64,000 bases of DNA from Candidatus Hydrogenedentota bacterium (GTDB taxonomy: Bacteria > Hydrogenedentota > Hydrogenedentia > Hydrogenedentales > JAEUWI01). The stretch is from contig JAXMOL010000017.1 of the NCBI GenBank assembly GCA_034669905.1, positions 64,001-128,000 of the forward strand, written 5' to 3'. Both the position numbers and the translations under genes were made by a program. Shown here piece by piece: positions 19,205 to 29,336 of the stretch (the first letter of the stretch is position 1; each line of letters opens with the position of its first letter). Under the pieces are notes generated by a model, which was not told the origin of the DNA, ran no database searches, and saw only the letters and a list, made by a program, of their open reading frames with translations.

Positions 19205-21823
19205 TCAACCGGCCGGGACGGGCGCGGCGGGTCGCACAATGACCGATTCGGGTGCCAGGGTCAAGGCATAGCCATAGCGGCTTCGGGTCTTGATGAGTCC
19301 CACCTCCCGGCCCGGACAGGCCTCACGGATTCGCTGGAGCAGGGTGCGTTTCTGGTAGTGCATCTGGCTTTGCTCGACGCACACGCCCTTCCAGAGGGCA
19401 TCGTAGATGGTTTCATAGCGCACACACTCCCCGGGCGCCCTGGCCAGCAGGCGAATCAACTCATACTGCTTACGTTGGAGGGGCACCACGGTCTCGTCCA
19501 GGGCGATTTCATTGGGACGCGCTTCGTCGATGATCAGCTGGCCGAGCGTCGGGGCGGATCGATGGACGCTGTCGTCCTGTGCCGGTGCCTCCGGACACTG
19601 TGACTGGGCCCATTGGTGGAGCCGCTGGGCCTGCTCCTCTGACAGGATCTGGGCGAGGTCAGCCCGGGAAAGCTGACTGAGGGTCTCGGCGGCGCACCAT
19701 TCCCGCGCGGCCAACTCCCGGACATCCCGGCGGCTCAGGGACAACGCCGGGTTTTCCATCAGGGGCACGCACTCCTCCGACACCCCCAGGGGCATACGGG
19801 TTGCCAGCCGGGCGAGGCGGTCGGTGAAGGCCCCTTCATAGCCTTCCGCAACCGCAATGGCCTCTATCGCGTCAATAAGCCAGGCAACTTGCGTTGCAGC
19901 CGCAATTATTTGTCCTTGCATTGTGTTATAGCGATTTTCGATGTTGTTTATGGGCACATTTTCCAACCAATCCAACAAAAAGAGAGTCACTTTTGTGGCC
20001 CGCACTGTTTCGAAGAAGGGTTGGAGCCGGGCGGCACACAAACGGGCCAGCGGCACCTCAGCATCCAGACGGGCGTGACGGGTCCGGTCTTGCAACTCAG
20101 CGACGTATCCAGACTCGTCGTACTCCCGGGTGGTCAGGAGCACCTGGGGCGCACGGCCTGCCGGGGTTGAGATAACCGCATAGAGAAGGTCTGCCAGGCA
20201 CCAGTCCCGATCCCGTGATGCCTGAACCCAGTCACGCAACAGGCCAGCCGTTTCCATATCAATCCCCTTACTGGCCACGGCGCGCCCCAGGGCGGTTGCC
20301 CGAACAGGGCGATCAGCGGCCCCGGGCATGGCCTCCAGAAAGCCTCCCGCTACTCCCCGGTGAAGGGCCGCACGGACGCGGGACACCAATTCTTCTACGG
20401 GGCATCGAGCAGACCACACCCAGCGCCCGGTCAGGGTACGCCCGAGGAAGTTGAGGATATCGTCCTGGCTGCGACAGTGACCCGACGCAATCAGGCGCAA
20501 CACCGGGTCTTCCAGGGCGCTTCGGTCCAACTGGGGGACAATGGCTTCACGGTTGCCCTCGACGTAGCGTCGCCAACACAGTTCCATTTCGAAGGGCGAG
20601 GACGCCACGAGGAGCGCACGCCCATAGGCCGCTCCCAGTCCCAGCCTTCCGGCCCGCCCCCCCATGTTCTCGTACTCCATATGGGATACGGGCGTTTTCC
20701 AGGGCATCCCCAACTGGGCATCATAGCGCCATTTTTCGGTGGTCAGAAATACGTTGCGGGCAGGCAGATTGAGCCCCACGGCCAGGGTACTGGTGGAGAC
20801 CAGGACCAGGACCTCGCCCTGGCGAAAGGCCTCCTCGACGATGAGACGCTCCTCCGCCGACAGATCGGCATTGTGAAAGGCGACACCATGGGCGAGCACT
20901 TCCCGCAACCCATCGCGCGAGCGGCTTGGCTCCAGGGCCATGAGGGCGTCCAGGGCCATGGTGGCCGGGGGCAGGTCCATGCGCGCGGCGATGCGATCGG
21001 CACCGCGCCGGGTATCGTGCTTGGCCCGCACGAAGACCAGACTGCGCTCGCCTTGCTCTGCAAAGGCCGCGAGATTGGTGAGTGCCGCCTCCTCCGCCGA
21101 CTCACTCCCGCTATCATAGAGGGTCTCCGTGGCGCGCCCTGGTCCCTGGGTGCTCCGGTAGGTAAATGTGCCTTCGTAGAGGACCCCAAAACGAAGCTCT
21201 ACCGGCCGATGCTCCGATTGGACCAGATCGGCGTCCAGCCATTGGGCCAGGCGATCCGCCTCACCGAGCACGGCCGAAAGCCCAATCACGCGGGTATGGG
21301 CACGGAGCAACTGGGTCAGCAAGAGCTCCACGCCGGCACCGCGCTCGGAATCGCCCAGAATCTCCAGCTCATCGGCCACCACCAGGTCTATCTCGGCCAC
21401 CCGTTCGGGGCGGCGCACCAGTAACTGGGCGAGTTTTTCGTAGACCACGACCGCAAGGGAGAAGTTGCCCTGCTCCAGGTCACGATCATGGGCGCGGTGG
21501 TCGCGGGTAGACAAGATGACCTTGAGGCCATAGGCCGCATAGCATTCTTGAAAGGCCCGGTACTTTTCCTCCGCAAGGGCCTTGAGGGGCACCAGGTAGA
21601 CGACCTGTTTTTGTCGGAGGGCGGTGTGGACGGCCGCCATCTCCCCCACAAAGGTTTTGCCCGAGCTGGTGGGCGCCTGAACAAGTAGATTGGTTGGGCC
21701 AAACACATCGTGCCGCCGCACGACCTCCTCCTGGAGGGGCAGGAGATCAGGGCCCATACTGGATTGCCATTGCTCAATCAGCGCGGGGGGAATGTCGTAG
21801 TGTATTAATTGCTCGATTCGCAT
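19205..21823 (-). CDS. Ski2/Hel308-like SF2 helicase with C-terminal OmpR/PhoB-type winged-helix domain
   Basis: APTSSGKT, VPLKALAEEK, DELE, GLSA, FHNADL, STSTLAVGLNLPA and MGGRAGR; C-terminal LQRKQYELIRLLA...ALW...IKTRSRYGYAL. Confidence 0.88.
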   Translation of the reverse strand: MRIEQLIHYDIPPALIEQWQSSMGPDLLPLQEEVVRRHDVFGPTNLLVQAPTSSGKTFVGEMAAVHTALRQKQVVYLVPLKALAEEKYRAFQECYAAYGLKVILSTRDHRAHDRDLEQGNFSLAVVVYEKLAQLLVRRPERVAEIDLVVADELEILGDSERGAGVELLLTQLLRAHTRVIGLSAVLGEADRLAQWLDADLVQSEHRPVELRFGVLYEGTFTYRSTQGPGRATETLYDSGSESAEEAALTNLAAFAEQGERSLVFVRAKHDTRRGADRIAARMDLPPATMALDALMALEPSRSRDGLREVLAHGVAFHNADLSAEERLIVEEAFRQGEVLVLVSTSTLAVGLNLPARNVFLTTEKWRYDAQLGMPWKTPVSHMEYENMGGRAGRLGLGAAYGRALLVASSPFEMELCWRRYVEGNREAIVPQLDRSALEDPVLRLIASGHCRSQDDILNFLGRTLTGRWVWSARCPVEELVSRVRAALHRGVAGGFLEAMPGAADRPVRATALGRAVASKGIDMETAGLLRDWVQASRDRDWCLADLLYAVISTPAGRAPQVLLTTREYDESGYVAELQDRTRHARLDAEVPLARLCAARLQPFFETVRATKVTLFLLDWLENVPINNIENRYNTMQGQIIAAATQVAWLIDAIEAIAVAEGYEGAFTDRLARLATRMPLGVSEECVPLMENPALSLSRRDVRELAAREWCAAETLSQLSRADLAQILSEEQAQRLHQWAQSQCPEAPAQDDSVHRSAPTLGQLIIDEARPNEIALDETVVPLQRKQYELIRLLARAPGECVRYETIYDALWKGVCVEQSQMHYQKRTLLQRIREACPGREVGLIKTRSRYGYALTLAPESVIVRPAAPVPAG

Positions 21824-21852
21824 GATGCCTCCCTTTTTCTGGGTTCGGCATC

Positions 21853-21881
21853 AGAATACTGTAAATTTATTCAGTTGTCAA
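21853..21881 (-). promoter_or_regulatory. Sigma-70 promoter for the helicase with an SOS-box-like palindrome in the spacer
   Basis: Minus strand reads TTGACA-ACTGAATAAATTTACAG (17 nt)-TATTCT; CTGTAAATTTATTCAG lies at 21859-21874 on the plus strand. Confidence 0.75.
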
Positions 21882-24800
21882 TCCCCGGTCGACGGGGGGA
21901 GCCCTCCGCCGCACCGGCACCGGTGGCAAGGTACTTCTCGATTTTTCCCAGCAGATCCTGCTGTCGGAAAGGTTTGTGCACCACGTCGGACGCACCGGCC
22001 GCCATCATCTCCCGCCGATCTTCGTCGAGTGCCGCCCCGGTCACGAAAATAATGGGCGCATCGCTCCCCCCGGGCAAGGACCGAATCTGCTGCGTGGTCT
22101 CGATGCCGTCCATTTCCGGCATCGCCCGATCCATCAAGGTCAGATCGGGATGCCAGTGCTGAAAGGCCGCGATGGCATCCGCACCGTTGGATACCCCTTT
22201 GACCTCGAAGCCGACATGTTTCAGGATTTTTTCCAGGACGTCCCGGTTGGTATCAATATCATCGACGACCAGGATCCGACCTTTCGAATCGCGCGGCACC
22301 TCCGTTGGCATTGCACCGGGAGACGGTAGCTCCTGCGCCTCCTCCGGCTTCCCGATGCCTACCGGCAGGGTCACCCGAATAGTCGTTCCCCGCCCCAACT
22401 CCGAGTCCACTTCAATCGCCCCCCCCATGGCATCGAGGTGCCGCCGGCTGATGGGCAAGCCCAACCCAGCCCCGCCAAAATTCCGTCCCGCGGATGCCAG
22501 CTCGAAGGCATCGAAAATGCGCTCCAACTCGTCGGGGGCGATCCCGGGCCCCGAATCTTCCAGCGTCAGGTGTAGCTCGACCGAATCGGACACGGTAGGG
22601 TGTGGCGTTGCCCAGGCATGCAGCGTGATGTGGCCCACCTCGGTGAACTTGATGGCGTTGCCCATGAGGTTTATCAGGATTTGCCGCAGTTTACCCTGGT
22701 CTGTCACCACGTATTGCGGTACGTCTTCCGCCACGGTGCAGCCCAGGTCGACGCGTTCGGCATTACACTGCACACGGAGCATATCGAAGATTTGGTCCAA
22801 TACCTCGCGGATGGCGAAGGTGCTGGAGGAGAGCATGACGCGGCCCGCTTCAATCTTGGCCATTTCCAATACGTTATTAATCAGCTCCAGGAGATGGTCG
22901 CCACTGCGGGCAATAATATTGAGATTGGCCTCGTCCTCTTCGGAGCGCGGGGCGCTTTGCATGACCTGTACGTGTCCGAGAATGGCATTCATGGGGGTGC
23001 GAATTTCGTGGGAGATATGGGCCAGAAACTGACTCTTGGCCCGGCTTGCCGCTTCGGCAAGGTTCTTGGCCTCACGGAGTTCCCGCTCCGATGCACTGAG
23101 CGCAGCGTAGTTACGCATGAGGAGCGCCGCAATCACGAGGAGTGCAAGCAGTAGCGTCGTGATCGGAGCCAGGAATGCCGTTGTGGCCCAGAGGGGTGGA
23201 GTAACCACAAAGCTCCCGCGCGCTGGCGTGGGGTCGCTGTTGAAATCACTGTCGGCCGCACGCACCTCGAAGATATAGGCTCCCGGCTCAAGCCGGGGTG
23301 AGATGACACTTCGTTCCCCGGAGAATGCGGTCCAAGGCACGATAGCGTCGCTACCCTCGGGGCGTACGCGCCACGAATAGACGATATCTTCGTCGGCCGT
23401 AATGGACCAGGGGTCCACCCCGGAAAATTGAATCACGCTCCGCTCATTGTAGGGGATGGTTTTGGGGATCTGCCTGATTTCCGTTTCGGGCGGTCGGGGT
23501 GAGGAAATATAGCGGACAATTCCGCTTCCCTCCACCGTTGCCCAGATAACCCCCTCCGGGTCCTCGACGAGGATCCGCACGCCGCCGACAGGCATCCCGG
23601 CTTCCACACCGAACCAGGTCCAACGCCCTTCCTGAAAGCTGGCCGCCCCCACATCCAGCGCACCGGTCCAGATGCGCCCATTGGACGCCCGCATCATACA
23701 GCGTACCCGGGCACTGGGGTTTTTCTCGAAGGGTATCTCGTAGTGGAGTTCACCGTCCCGGTATCGATAAATCCCCTCTTCGTTTGAGCCCACGAGCATA
23801 CTTCCGTCCGGCTCCTGGATGAATCCCCGAAAGTTTTTCTCCGAGGAGATTCTATGGCGGACCGTCATCCCGTAATCATCCGTCAGTTCCCATTGGGTGA
23901 GTACGGTAAGGGTTGACACCAGGAGATCGCCATTGGCCATTTCTATTACGGTCGCCAGATCTTCTTCCGTTGTTTGGGGGCCCGCAGGCGTCACGTGCCA
24001 CTCCGTACCGACGCGCTCCACGATTTGCCCGTAGGTAACACCAAACAGCCGACCGCTTCGGGTTTCCAACAGATACCGCGTATCGGTGGGCACTTCGAAC
24101 CGCTGAAGCACCTCGCGACGGGCCAAATCCCACTGCAGCGCCAAACCCTCGCCCACTATCCACAGGGTACTGGACTGCCCACGCCGGATGCTCCGATAAC
24201 TCGCCCGAGGCAGCTGCGCAATCACGTGCCATTCATTCTCCATGAACTGAAGTAGGCGTCCCTGGCCATCGACGGTGGTAGCGGGAACATCCGGTGCAGC
24301 GTACAGACAGTTTCCCATCAGCGGGATCCCGTCGGCGGTCTGGGAAAAAGGGGTCCAGCCCTGGCGTCCGATGCGGTATACCCCCAGCTTACTGCCGACC
24401 CAGGTTTCGTCGTGCTCCGAAAAGTGGACAATCGTCTGCAGGGGGATTGGGCTTTCTTCGGGGCTGAGGGAGATGGGGTAGGGTCCCCCATCGGACCAGT
24501 AGGTCACCCGATACTGGTGGGCCACCGCGAGCCTTCCGTCGGGCAGTGGCGCGAGCGAACGAACCGACTGATCCGAAACCCGGGTCCAGCCGGGAGACGA
24601 GGGACCGCTTTTCCACAACCCGCCCCCCCCGCCGGCATAAAGCGCCCCTCCCTTCACGGCTACCAGGGCATCTGCACCGAGGACGAGCTCGTCGCCCGGT
24701 TCCTGGCGCCACGTTCCGTCACGCCACCGGAGGATCCCCCGGCTATCCGTACCGACCATCACGGAACCATCGGGGCGCGGCAAGATCGCCTCGACCGCCT

Positions 24801-25353
24801 CGGTCATGAGACTCTCGTCCTGATCGAGCACGACGGCCCATTCTCCATGCGGCAGGCCGACGCCGTTGTCGGAAGGAGCGGGCGTAAACGCAATTACCCG
24901 CCCCCCTCCCAGACCAAACCAGATACGGCCATCCGCAAAGGGAGAGATGGTGAATACCTGAAGTGGAACCGTCGCTGGAAGGCCGGTCTCCACGGGGACG
25001 AATCGGTCGCCGACACGGCATGCGAGCCCGCCGGCCATTCCCACCCACAATCGTTCGCGGGCGTCCAATCGCACCGTCCGCACGTCCAGAGAGGGCAACC
25101 CATCGTCGTGGTCATAGGTATTCCAGGTCAGCCCATCGTAGGAGGATATACCCCGCCCCCAACATCCGAACCAGATCACGCCGTCGGGCGTACGTTCGAC
25201 GCTCCGAACGACGGCCCCGGCGAGGCCATGCTCCGGGGTGTAGTGCTGAACCGGGCGCTGCAAGACCGCTTCCGCGCCCAATGCGACGCACCCGGTCAGG
25301 ATGGAGAAGAAAACCAAACGCAGTATTCTCAATGTACCTCTCCAAGGTGCCAA
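21871..25353 (-). CDS. Hybrid sensor histidine kinase/response regulator with beta-propeller (Reg_prop) and YYY-like periplasmic domains
   Basis: Propeller repeats (DGVIWFG, GRIWTG), PGAYIFEVRA, a TM helix, SHEIRTPMN, NAIKFT, GAGLGL and a receiver domain (VVDD, LMDRAMP, KP). Start uncertain. Confidence 0.92.
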   Translation of the reverse strand: MAPWRGTLRILRLVFFSILTGCVALGAEAVLQRPVQHYTPEHGLAGAVVRSVERTPDGVIWFGCWGRGISSYDGLTWNTYDHDDGLPSLDVRTVRLDARERLWVGMAGGLACRVGDRFVPVETGLPATVPLQVFTISPFADGRIWFGLGGGRVIAFTPAPSDNGVGLPHGEWAVVLDQDESLMTEAVEAILPRPDGSVMVGTDSRGILRWRDGTWRQEPGDELVLGADALVAVKGGALYAGGGGGLWKSGPSSPGWTRVSDQSVRSLAPLPDGRLAVAHQYRVTYWSDGGPYPISLSPEESPIPLQTIVHFSEHDETWVGSKLGVYRIGRQGWTPFSQTADGIPLMGNCLYAAPDVPATTVDGQGRLLQFMENEWHVIAQLPRASYRSIRRGQSSTLWIVGEGLALQWDLARREVLQRFEVPTDTRYLLETRSGRLFGVTYGQIVERVGTEWHVTPAGPQTTEEDLATVIEMANGDLLVSTLTVLTQWELTDDYGMTVRHRISSEKNFRGFIQEPDGSMLVGSNEEGIYRYRDGELHYEIPFEKNPSARVRCMMRASNGRIWTGALDVGAASFQEGRWTWFGVEAGMPVGGVRILVEDPEGVIWATVEGSGIVRYISSPRPPETEIRQIPKTIPYNERSVIQFSGVDPWSITADEDIVYSWRVRPEGSDAIVPWTAFSGERSVISPRLEPGAYIFEVRAADSDFNSDPTPARGSFVVTPPLWATTAFLAPITTLLLALLVIAALLMRNYAALSASERELREAKNLAEAASRAKSQFLAHISHEIRTPMNAILGHVQVMQSAPRSEEDEANLNIIARSGDHLLELINNVLEMAKIEAGRVMLSSSTFAIREVLDQIFDMLRVQCNAERVDLGCTVAEDVPQYVVTDQGKLRQILINLMGNAIKFTEVGHITLHAWATPHPTVSDSVELHLTLEDSGPGIAPDELERIFDAFELASAGRNFGGAGLGLPISRRHLDAMGGAIEVDSELGRGTTIRVTLPVGIGKPEEAQELPSPGAMPTEVPRDSKGRILVVDDIDTNRDVLEKILKHVGFEVKGVSNGADAIAAFQHWHPDLTLMDRAMPEMDGIETTQQIRSLPGGSDAPIIFVTGAALDEDRREMMAAGASDVVHKPFRQQDLLGKIEKYLATGAGAAEGSPRRPGIDN

Positions 25354-25496
25354 GCAGAAACTCGATACGGCCCGGACGTTTCACATTCGTACATTCTAAT
25401 CCATGGCGTTCAGGAATCACAGTGAATTCGCATCAACCCGAAAATCGTGTCGGAAGCCACAGCGCTCGCGCCGAACGGCCAGATGCCCATCGCGTT

Positions 25497-27407
25497 CTAC
25501 ATATCGGAAATCACCCGTGGAGGCCATGCGGCCCGCAGCGCATTGAGGACCGCCAGCACATCGATAATCTCCTGACATACCGCCCCTTGCACGGGGCTCA
25601 GGTATCCCGCCGCGGCCACTCCCATCCCAAGTATGCTGAGGGTCATACCACCGACCGCGCTCTGTAGTGCAATGGCCCGCATGCGGCGACCGATGTGAAG
25701 GAATTCGTCGACCTTCTGAAGCGAATTGTCCATGACCACCACACTTGCGGCCTCGGCGGTCACGTCGCTTCCCTGCCCGATCGCCATGCCGACCGTAGCC
25801 GCCATCATAGCCGGGGCATCATTGATGCCATCGCCCACATAGAGCGTCTTTGCACGGCTGGTTTCTGAGCGCACGATAGCCAGTTTTTCTTCGGGGCTTT
25901 TCTGGGAATGCACTTCGTTGATGCCCACCTCGTTGGCGAGGTACCGCACTTCCGAATCCCGGTCTCCCGAGACAATCATCAGCCGGTCAAACTGATGATG
26001 TGGCCCCAGATGCTTCATGAAGGAATGACTCTCCGCCCGGGGCGCATCCCGAAAACGGTAGGTTGCCGCCAGCCGTCCACCTACGAGCACCACGCATTCG
26101 AGGCCTTCTTGTGGCGGCGGGAGCTGCTCCCAGGCGGTCACGTCAGTCCCGGCCAGTTTTTTGCGGCTGGTGATCAAGACAGGCACGCCCCCCACCTCGC
26201 CGGAAAGTCCCTGGCCCGGGCGCTCACTTACGGCGCTGACCTCGGGCAAATCGATGGCGGCGTTTTCTGCTGCGCGGAGGATTGCGGTAGCCAATGGATG
26301 CTTGGAATACCGCTCCACCCCGGCGGCCAGCCCCAGGACCTCCTCCGCCGAGAAGGGTTCCACGACGACCTGTTCAATGAGTTTCGGGGTGCCATAGGTC
26401 AGCGTACCTGTTTTGTCAAAGATGGCGGTCTGGCATCGTGTCACCTGTTCCAAGGCCACCGGATTCTTCACGATGATTGCCCTACGCGCACACAGGGAGA
26501 TGGAGCCAATGATGGCCACCGGGATGCCGATGAGCAAGGGGCACGGCGTGGCGATGACGAGTACTGCGAGAAAGCGGAGGGCTTCACCGCTTATGAGCCA
26601 GGCCGACACGCCTATCGCCAGGGCTATGGGGGTATAGATGGCGCCGAGCTGATCCCCCAGGCGACGCAGTTGTGGCCGTGTCGCCTCCGACTCCCGCATG
26701 ATGTTCATGATCCGCGCATAGCGTGAATCTTCGGCCCGCCGGGTCGCGTTGATGGTCAGGGCAGCATCGCCATTGATGGCGCCGGAAATTACGGTCGCGC
26801 CCTGGGTCTTGGTCATCTGAAAGGGCTCTCCGGTGAGATAGGACTCATCCATCACGCTGTGCCCTTCAGCGACCTCCCCATCGACCGGGCAGATTTCGTG
26901 GGGATAGACGACGATCATATCCCCCGGCACAATCGCCTCAAGGGGAACATCCTCGATACCCCCATCCTCCTTGCGGCGGTGGGCCACGGTGGGAATTCGC
27001 CGGGCGAGTGCCGACAGTACCGACGAGGCACTTCGAAGCGCATAGGCCTCCAGCGCTTCACCGCCCGACAGCATGAGCACAATAATCGCCCCGGCAAGGT
27101 ATTGGCCGAGCAACAATGCGGTAACAATGGCGATGCCGCCCAGAAGATCGGAGCCGAATTCCCGCTGCAAGGCCTTGCGTCCCAGGTCATAGACCAGGGG
27201 CGTTCCGCCCAGGGCCAGGCAGGCCCACAGGGGGAGATTCACCATCGCCCCGCGCAGCCCTCCTGCGAAATAGAGGCCCAGGTAGGTCCCAATCATCATC
27301 AGCGAAAACAGGGCAATGCCTACCGTCTGATAGCGCCGCAGACGGGCCCATCTATCGTTTTCGGCCCCACAATTCGGTGGCGTGGGTCCCGTCGTATCCT
27401 TAACCAT
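25497..27407 (-). CDS. Heavy-metal translocating P1B-type ATPase (P1B-5-like)
   Basis: [32 protein letters not shown] and QEIID. Confidence 0.9.
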   Translation of the reverse strand: MVKDTTGPTPPNCGAENDRWARLRRYQTVGIALFSLMMIGTYLGLYFAGGLRGAMVNLPLWACLALGGTPLVYDLGRKALQREFGSDLLGGIAIVTALLLGQYLAGAIIVLMLSGGEALEAYALRSASSVLSALARRIPTVAHRRKEDGGIEDVPLEAIVPGDMIVVYPHEICPVDGEVAEGHSVMDESYLTGEPFQMTKTQGATVISGAINGDAALTINATRRAEDSRYARIMNIMRESEATRPQLRRLGDQLGAIYTPIALAIGVSAWLISGEALRFLAVLVIATPCPLLIGIPVAIIGSISLCARRAIIVKNPVALEQVTRCQTAIFDKTGTLTYGTPKLIEQVVVEPFSAEEVLGLAAGVERYSKHPLATAILRAAENAAIDLPEVSAVSERPGQGLSGEVGGVPVLITSRKKLAGTDVTAWEQLPPPQEGLECVVLVGGRLAATYRFRDAPRAESHSFMKHLGPHHQFDRLMIVSGDRDSEVRYLANEVGINEVHSQKSPEEKLAIVRSETSRAKTLYVGDGINDAPAMMAATVGMAIGQGSDVTAEAASVVVMDNSLQKVDEFLHIGRRMRAIALQSAVGGMTLSILGMGVAAAGYLSPVQGAVCQEIIDVLAVLNALRAAWPPRVISDM

Positions 27408-27619
27408 TCGACGTAACCCTTTCACAGTGAACGTCCGGTTGAATCAGAGGCACCTGTTGCACCAAATCCCGCATAACAGGTGTCTGCCTATGATAAGTTA
27501 TCCGCATACCCGCTGCAATACTGCTTCCGGGCTGGAGCCACAACATACGTCGTGCACCCTTCCAGCCTGGCCTTTGATGGGATTTCGATACGACGCCGTG
27601 GAGACGCTATACTCGTCCC

Positions 27620-28462
27620 ATGACTTTAAGGTACTTCATCCACTCGCTCCCCATCTGGTGCGCGATTGCCCTTTTCCTGGTCCTTTCCGGGGCTGCTCAT
27701 GCCCGCACACCGGGCACCGACGCGTCCGATTCGGAGGGCGTTGATACCACGGCGGGAGACTGGTATTTTTTCGTGGCGGCCGTCAATGTCTATCCCCGCC
27801 TCGAATCCGAGCGACTGATCAAGGAGTTATTTGAGCCGGTCGTGCGGAGCCTGGCACCGGGACACGAGGGAGTCCAGACCATCAGCGATCTCCGCGATGA
27901 CCATGCCCTGTGGCCTCCCCATGTGGGCCTTGGCTACAACCTGAACACGCATGTAGCCGTGTTTGTTGAAGGGGGCTACACGGCGGGAAAGGTGCGCACG
28001 AAACGGGACGACCGGAGTTGGTTGCTGCTCCCGCTTCACACCGATTTTGAGATCAAACGCAGTGCGCTCTTTGGCGGCATCGGGATTGACTATTTCCCCT
28101 GGGGGATGGCTCCTCAAGGCAACTACCACGGACTCCGCGAACGCCTCGCTGCAGCACGCCCCTTCTGTGGCACCCGACTGACCTGGACGCGGGCCACTTT
28201 TCGGGCCAAGGCCAAACTGGGGTTTCCACCCCTTCCCAACTTTTTGAATCTGGAGCTTTCCGATGCCTGGACCCTTCCAAGCATTACAACGGTCGCTGGT
28301 GTGGACATTCCCCTTTCCAAGGATACTGCCCTCACCTTCAACGTGGCATACAACCACTTCTGGAACCGGGATTTTGACTTTGAAGGGTGGGCCCTGACCG
28401 TTCAGTGGAAACGGTTTTTCGGGGGGCCCAAAAACGTTGCGAACCCGCGAGATTTCACTTAG
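27620..28462 (+). CDS. Exported outer-membrane beta-barrel-like protein
   Basis: Signal peptide ending AAHA; alternating aromatic-rich beta strands. Confidence 0.6.
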   Translation: MTLRYFIHSLPIWCAIALFLVLSGAAHARTPGTDASDSEGVDTTAGDWYFFVAAVNVYPRLESERLIKELFEPVVRSLAPGHEGVQTISDLRDDHALWPPHVGLGYNLNTHVAVFVEGGYTAGKVRTKRDDRSWLLLPLHTDFEIKRSALFGGIGIDYFPWGMAPQGNYHGLRERLAAARPFCGTRLTWTRATFRAKAKLGFPPLPNFLNLELSDAWTLPSITTVAGVDIPLSKDTALTFNVAYNHFWNRDFDFEGWALTVQWKRFFGGPKNVANPRDFT

Positions 28463-28480
28463 TATAGCGGGAGAGCCCCC

Positions 28481-28512
28481 CTAACTTTCCGCTAACAGAA
28501 AGGTGGGACAAT
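28481..28512 (+). promoter_or_regulatory. Candidate Pho-box-like tandem repeat plus -10 element
   Basis: CTAAC at 28481 and 28492 (11-bp period), then GACAAT at 28507. Confidence 0.5.
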
Positions 28513-28641
28513 AGGCGCGGTTGCCGTGGGCACAGTGCTCTCTAGAAAACGCTGTGCACACCCCGTTTCTGATAAAAACTCGTTCTGAGTACCTCATCAC
28601 CTTTCCCATCCGGCAACCTACACGACGACGAAGGAATCCAC

Positions 28642-29331
28642 ATGGCGAACGAACGCATCCTGATCGTAGAAGATGAACCCGATATCGTCGAGTTGCTACG
28701 CTACAATCTCACGCGCGACGGATATGAAGTGCTTCAGGCGACCACGGGTGAGGCGGCGCTGGATATCATCAAGGAAAGCTCTCCGGATCTCATGTTGCTC
28801 GATCTGATGCTTCCCCGAATTGACGGCCTGGAAGTATGCCGTCGGGTGCGGGGAGACGGAGAACACAAACACCTCCCCATCATTATGCTGACGGCCAAGG
28901 GGGAAGAGGTGGATATTGTCACCGGGCTCGAACTGGGTGCGGATGACTATATAACAAAACCCTTCAGTCCGCGCATTCTCCTGGCCCGTGTCCGCGCGGT
29001 ACTTCGCCGTAACGACGCGGACCTTCCCGGCGACAACGACGCGATTCAAATTCACAACCTGAGCATCCACCCGGGCCGCCACGAAGTCACGGTGGATGGC
29101 GAGCCCGTCACCTTGACGCGGACTGAGTTCCAGGTGTTGCACTATCTTGCGCGCCGCCCCGGTTGGGTCTTCACCCGGTACCAGATTGTCGACGCGGTCC
29201 ATGGCGATGACTATATCGTCACCGAGCGCAGCGTCGACGTCCAGATTGTGGGGCTTCGGAAGAAGTTAGGCGTTGCCGGCAAACACATCGAAACGGTCCG
29301 CGGCGTGGGCTATCGATTTGGAGCACCCTGA
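28642..29331 (+). CDS. phoB: OmpR/PhoB-family response regulator
   Basis: Receiver domain (VEDE, LDLMLP, GADDYITKPFS) plus wHTH (ERSVDVQI, ETVRGVGY); upstream of the PhoR-like kinase and phosphate porin. Confidence 0.85.
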   Translation: MANERILIVEDEPDIVELLRYNLTRDGYEVLQATTGEAALDIIKESSPDLMLLDLMLPRIDGLEVCRRVRGDGEHKHLPIIMLTAKGEEVDIVTGLELGADDYITKPFSPRILLARVRAVLRRNDADLPGDNDAIQIHNLSIHPGRHEVTVDGEPVTLTRTEFQVLHYLARRPGWVFTRYQIVDAVHGDDYIVTERSVDVQIVGLRKKLGVAGKHIETVRGVGYRFGAP

Positions 29332-29336
29332 CCGCT

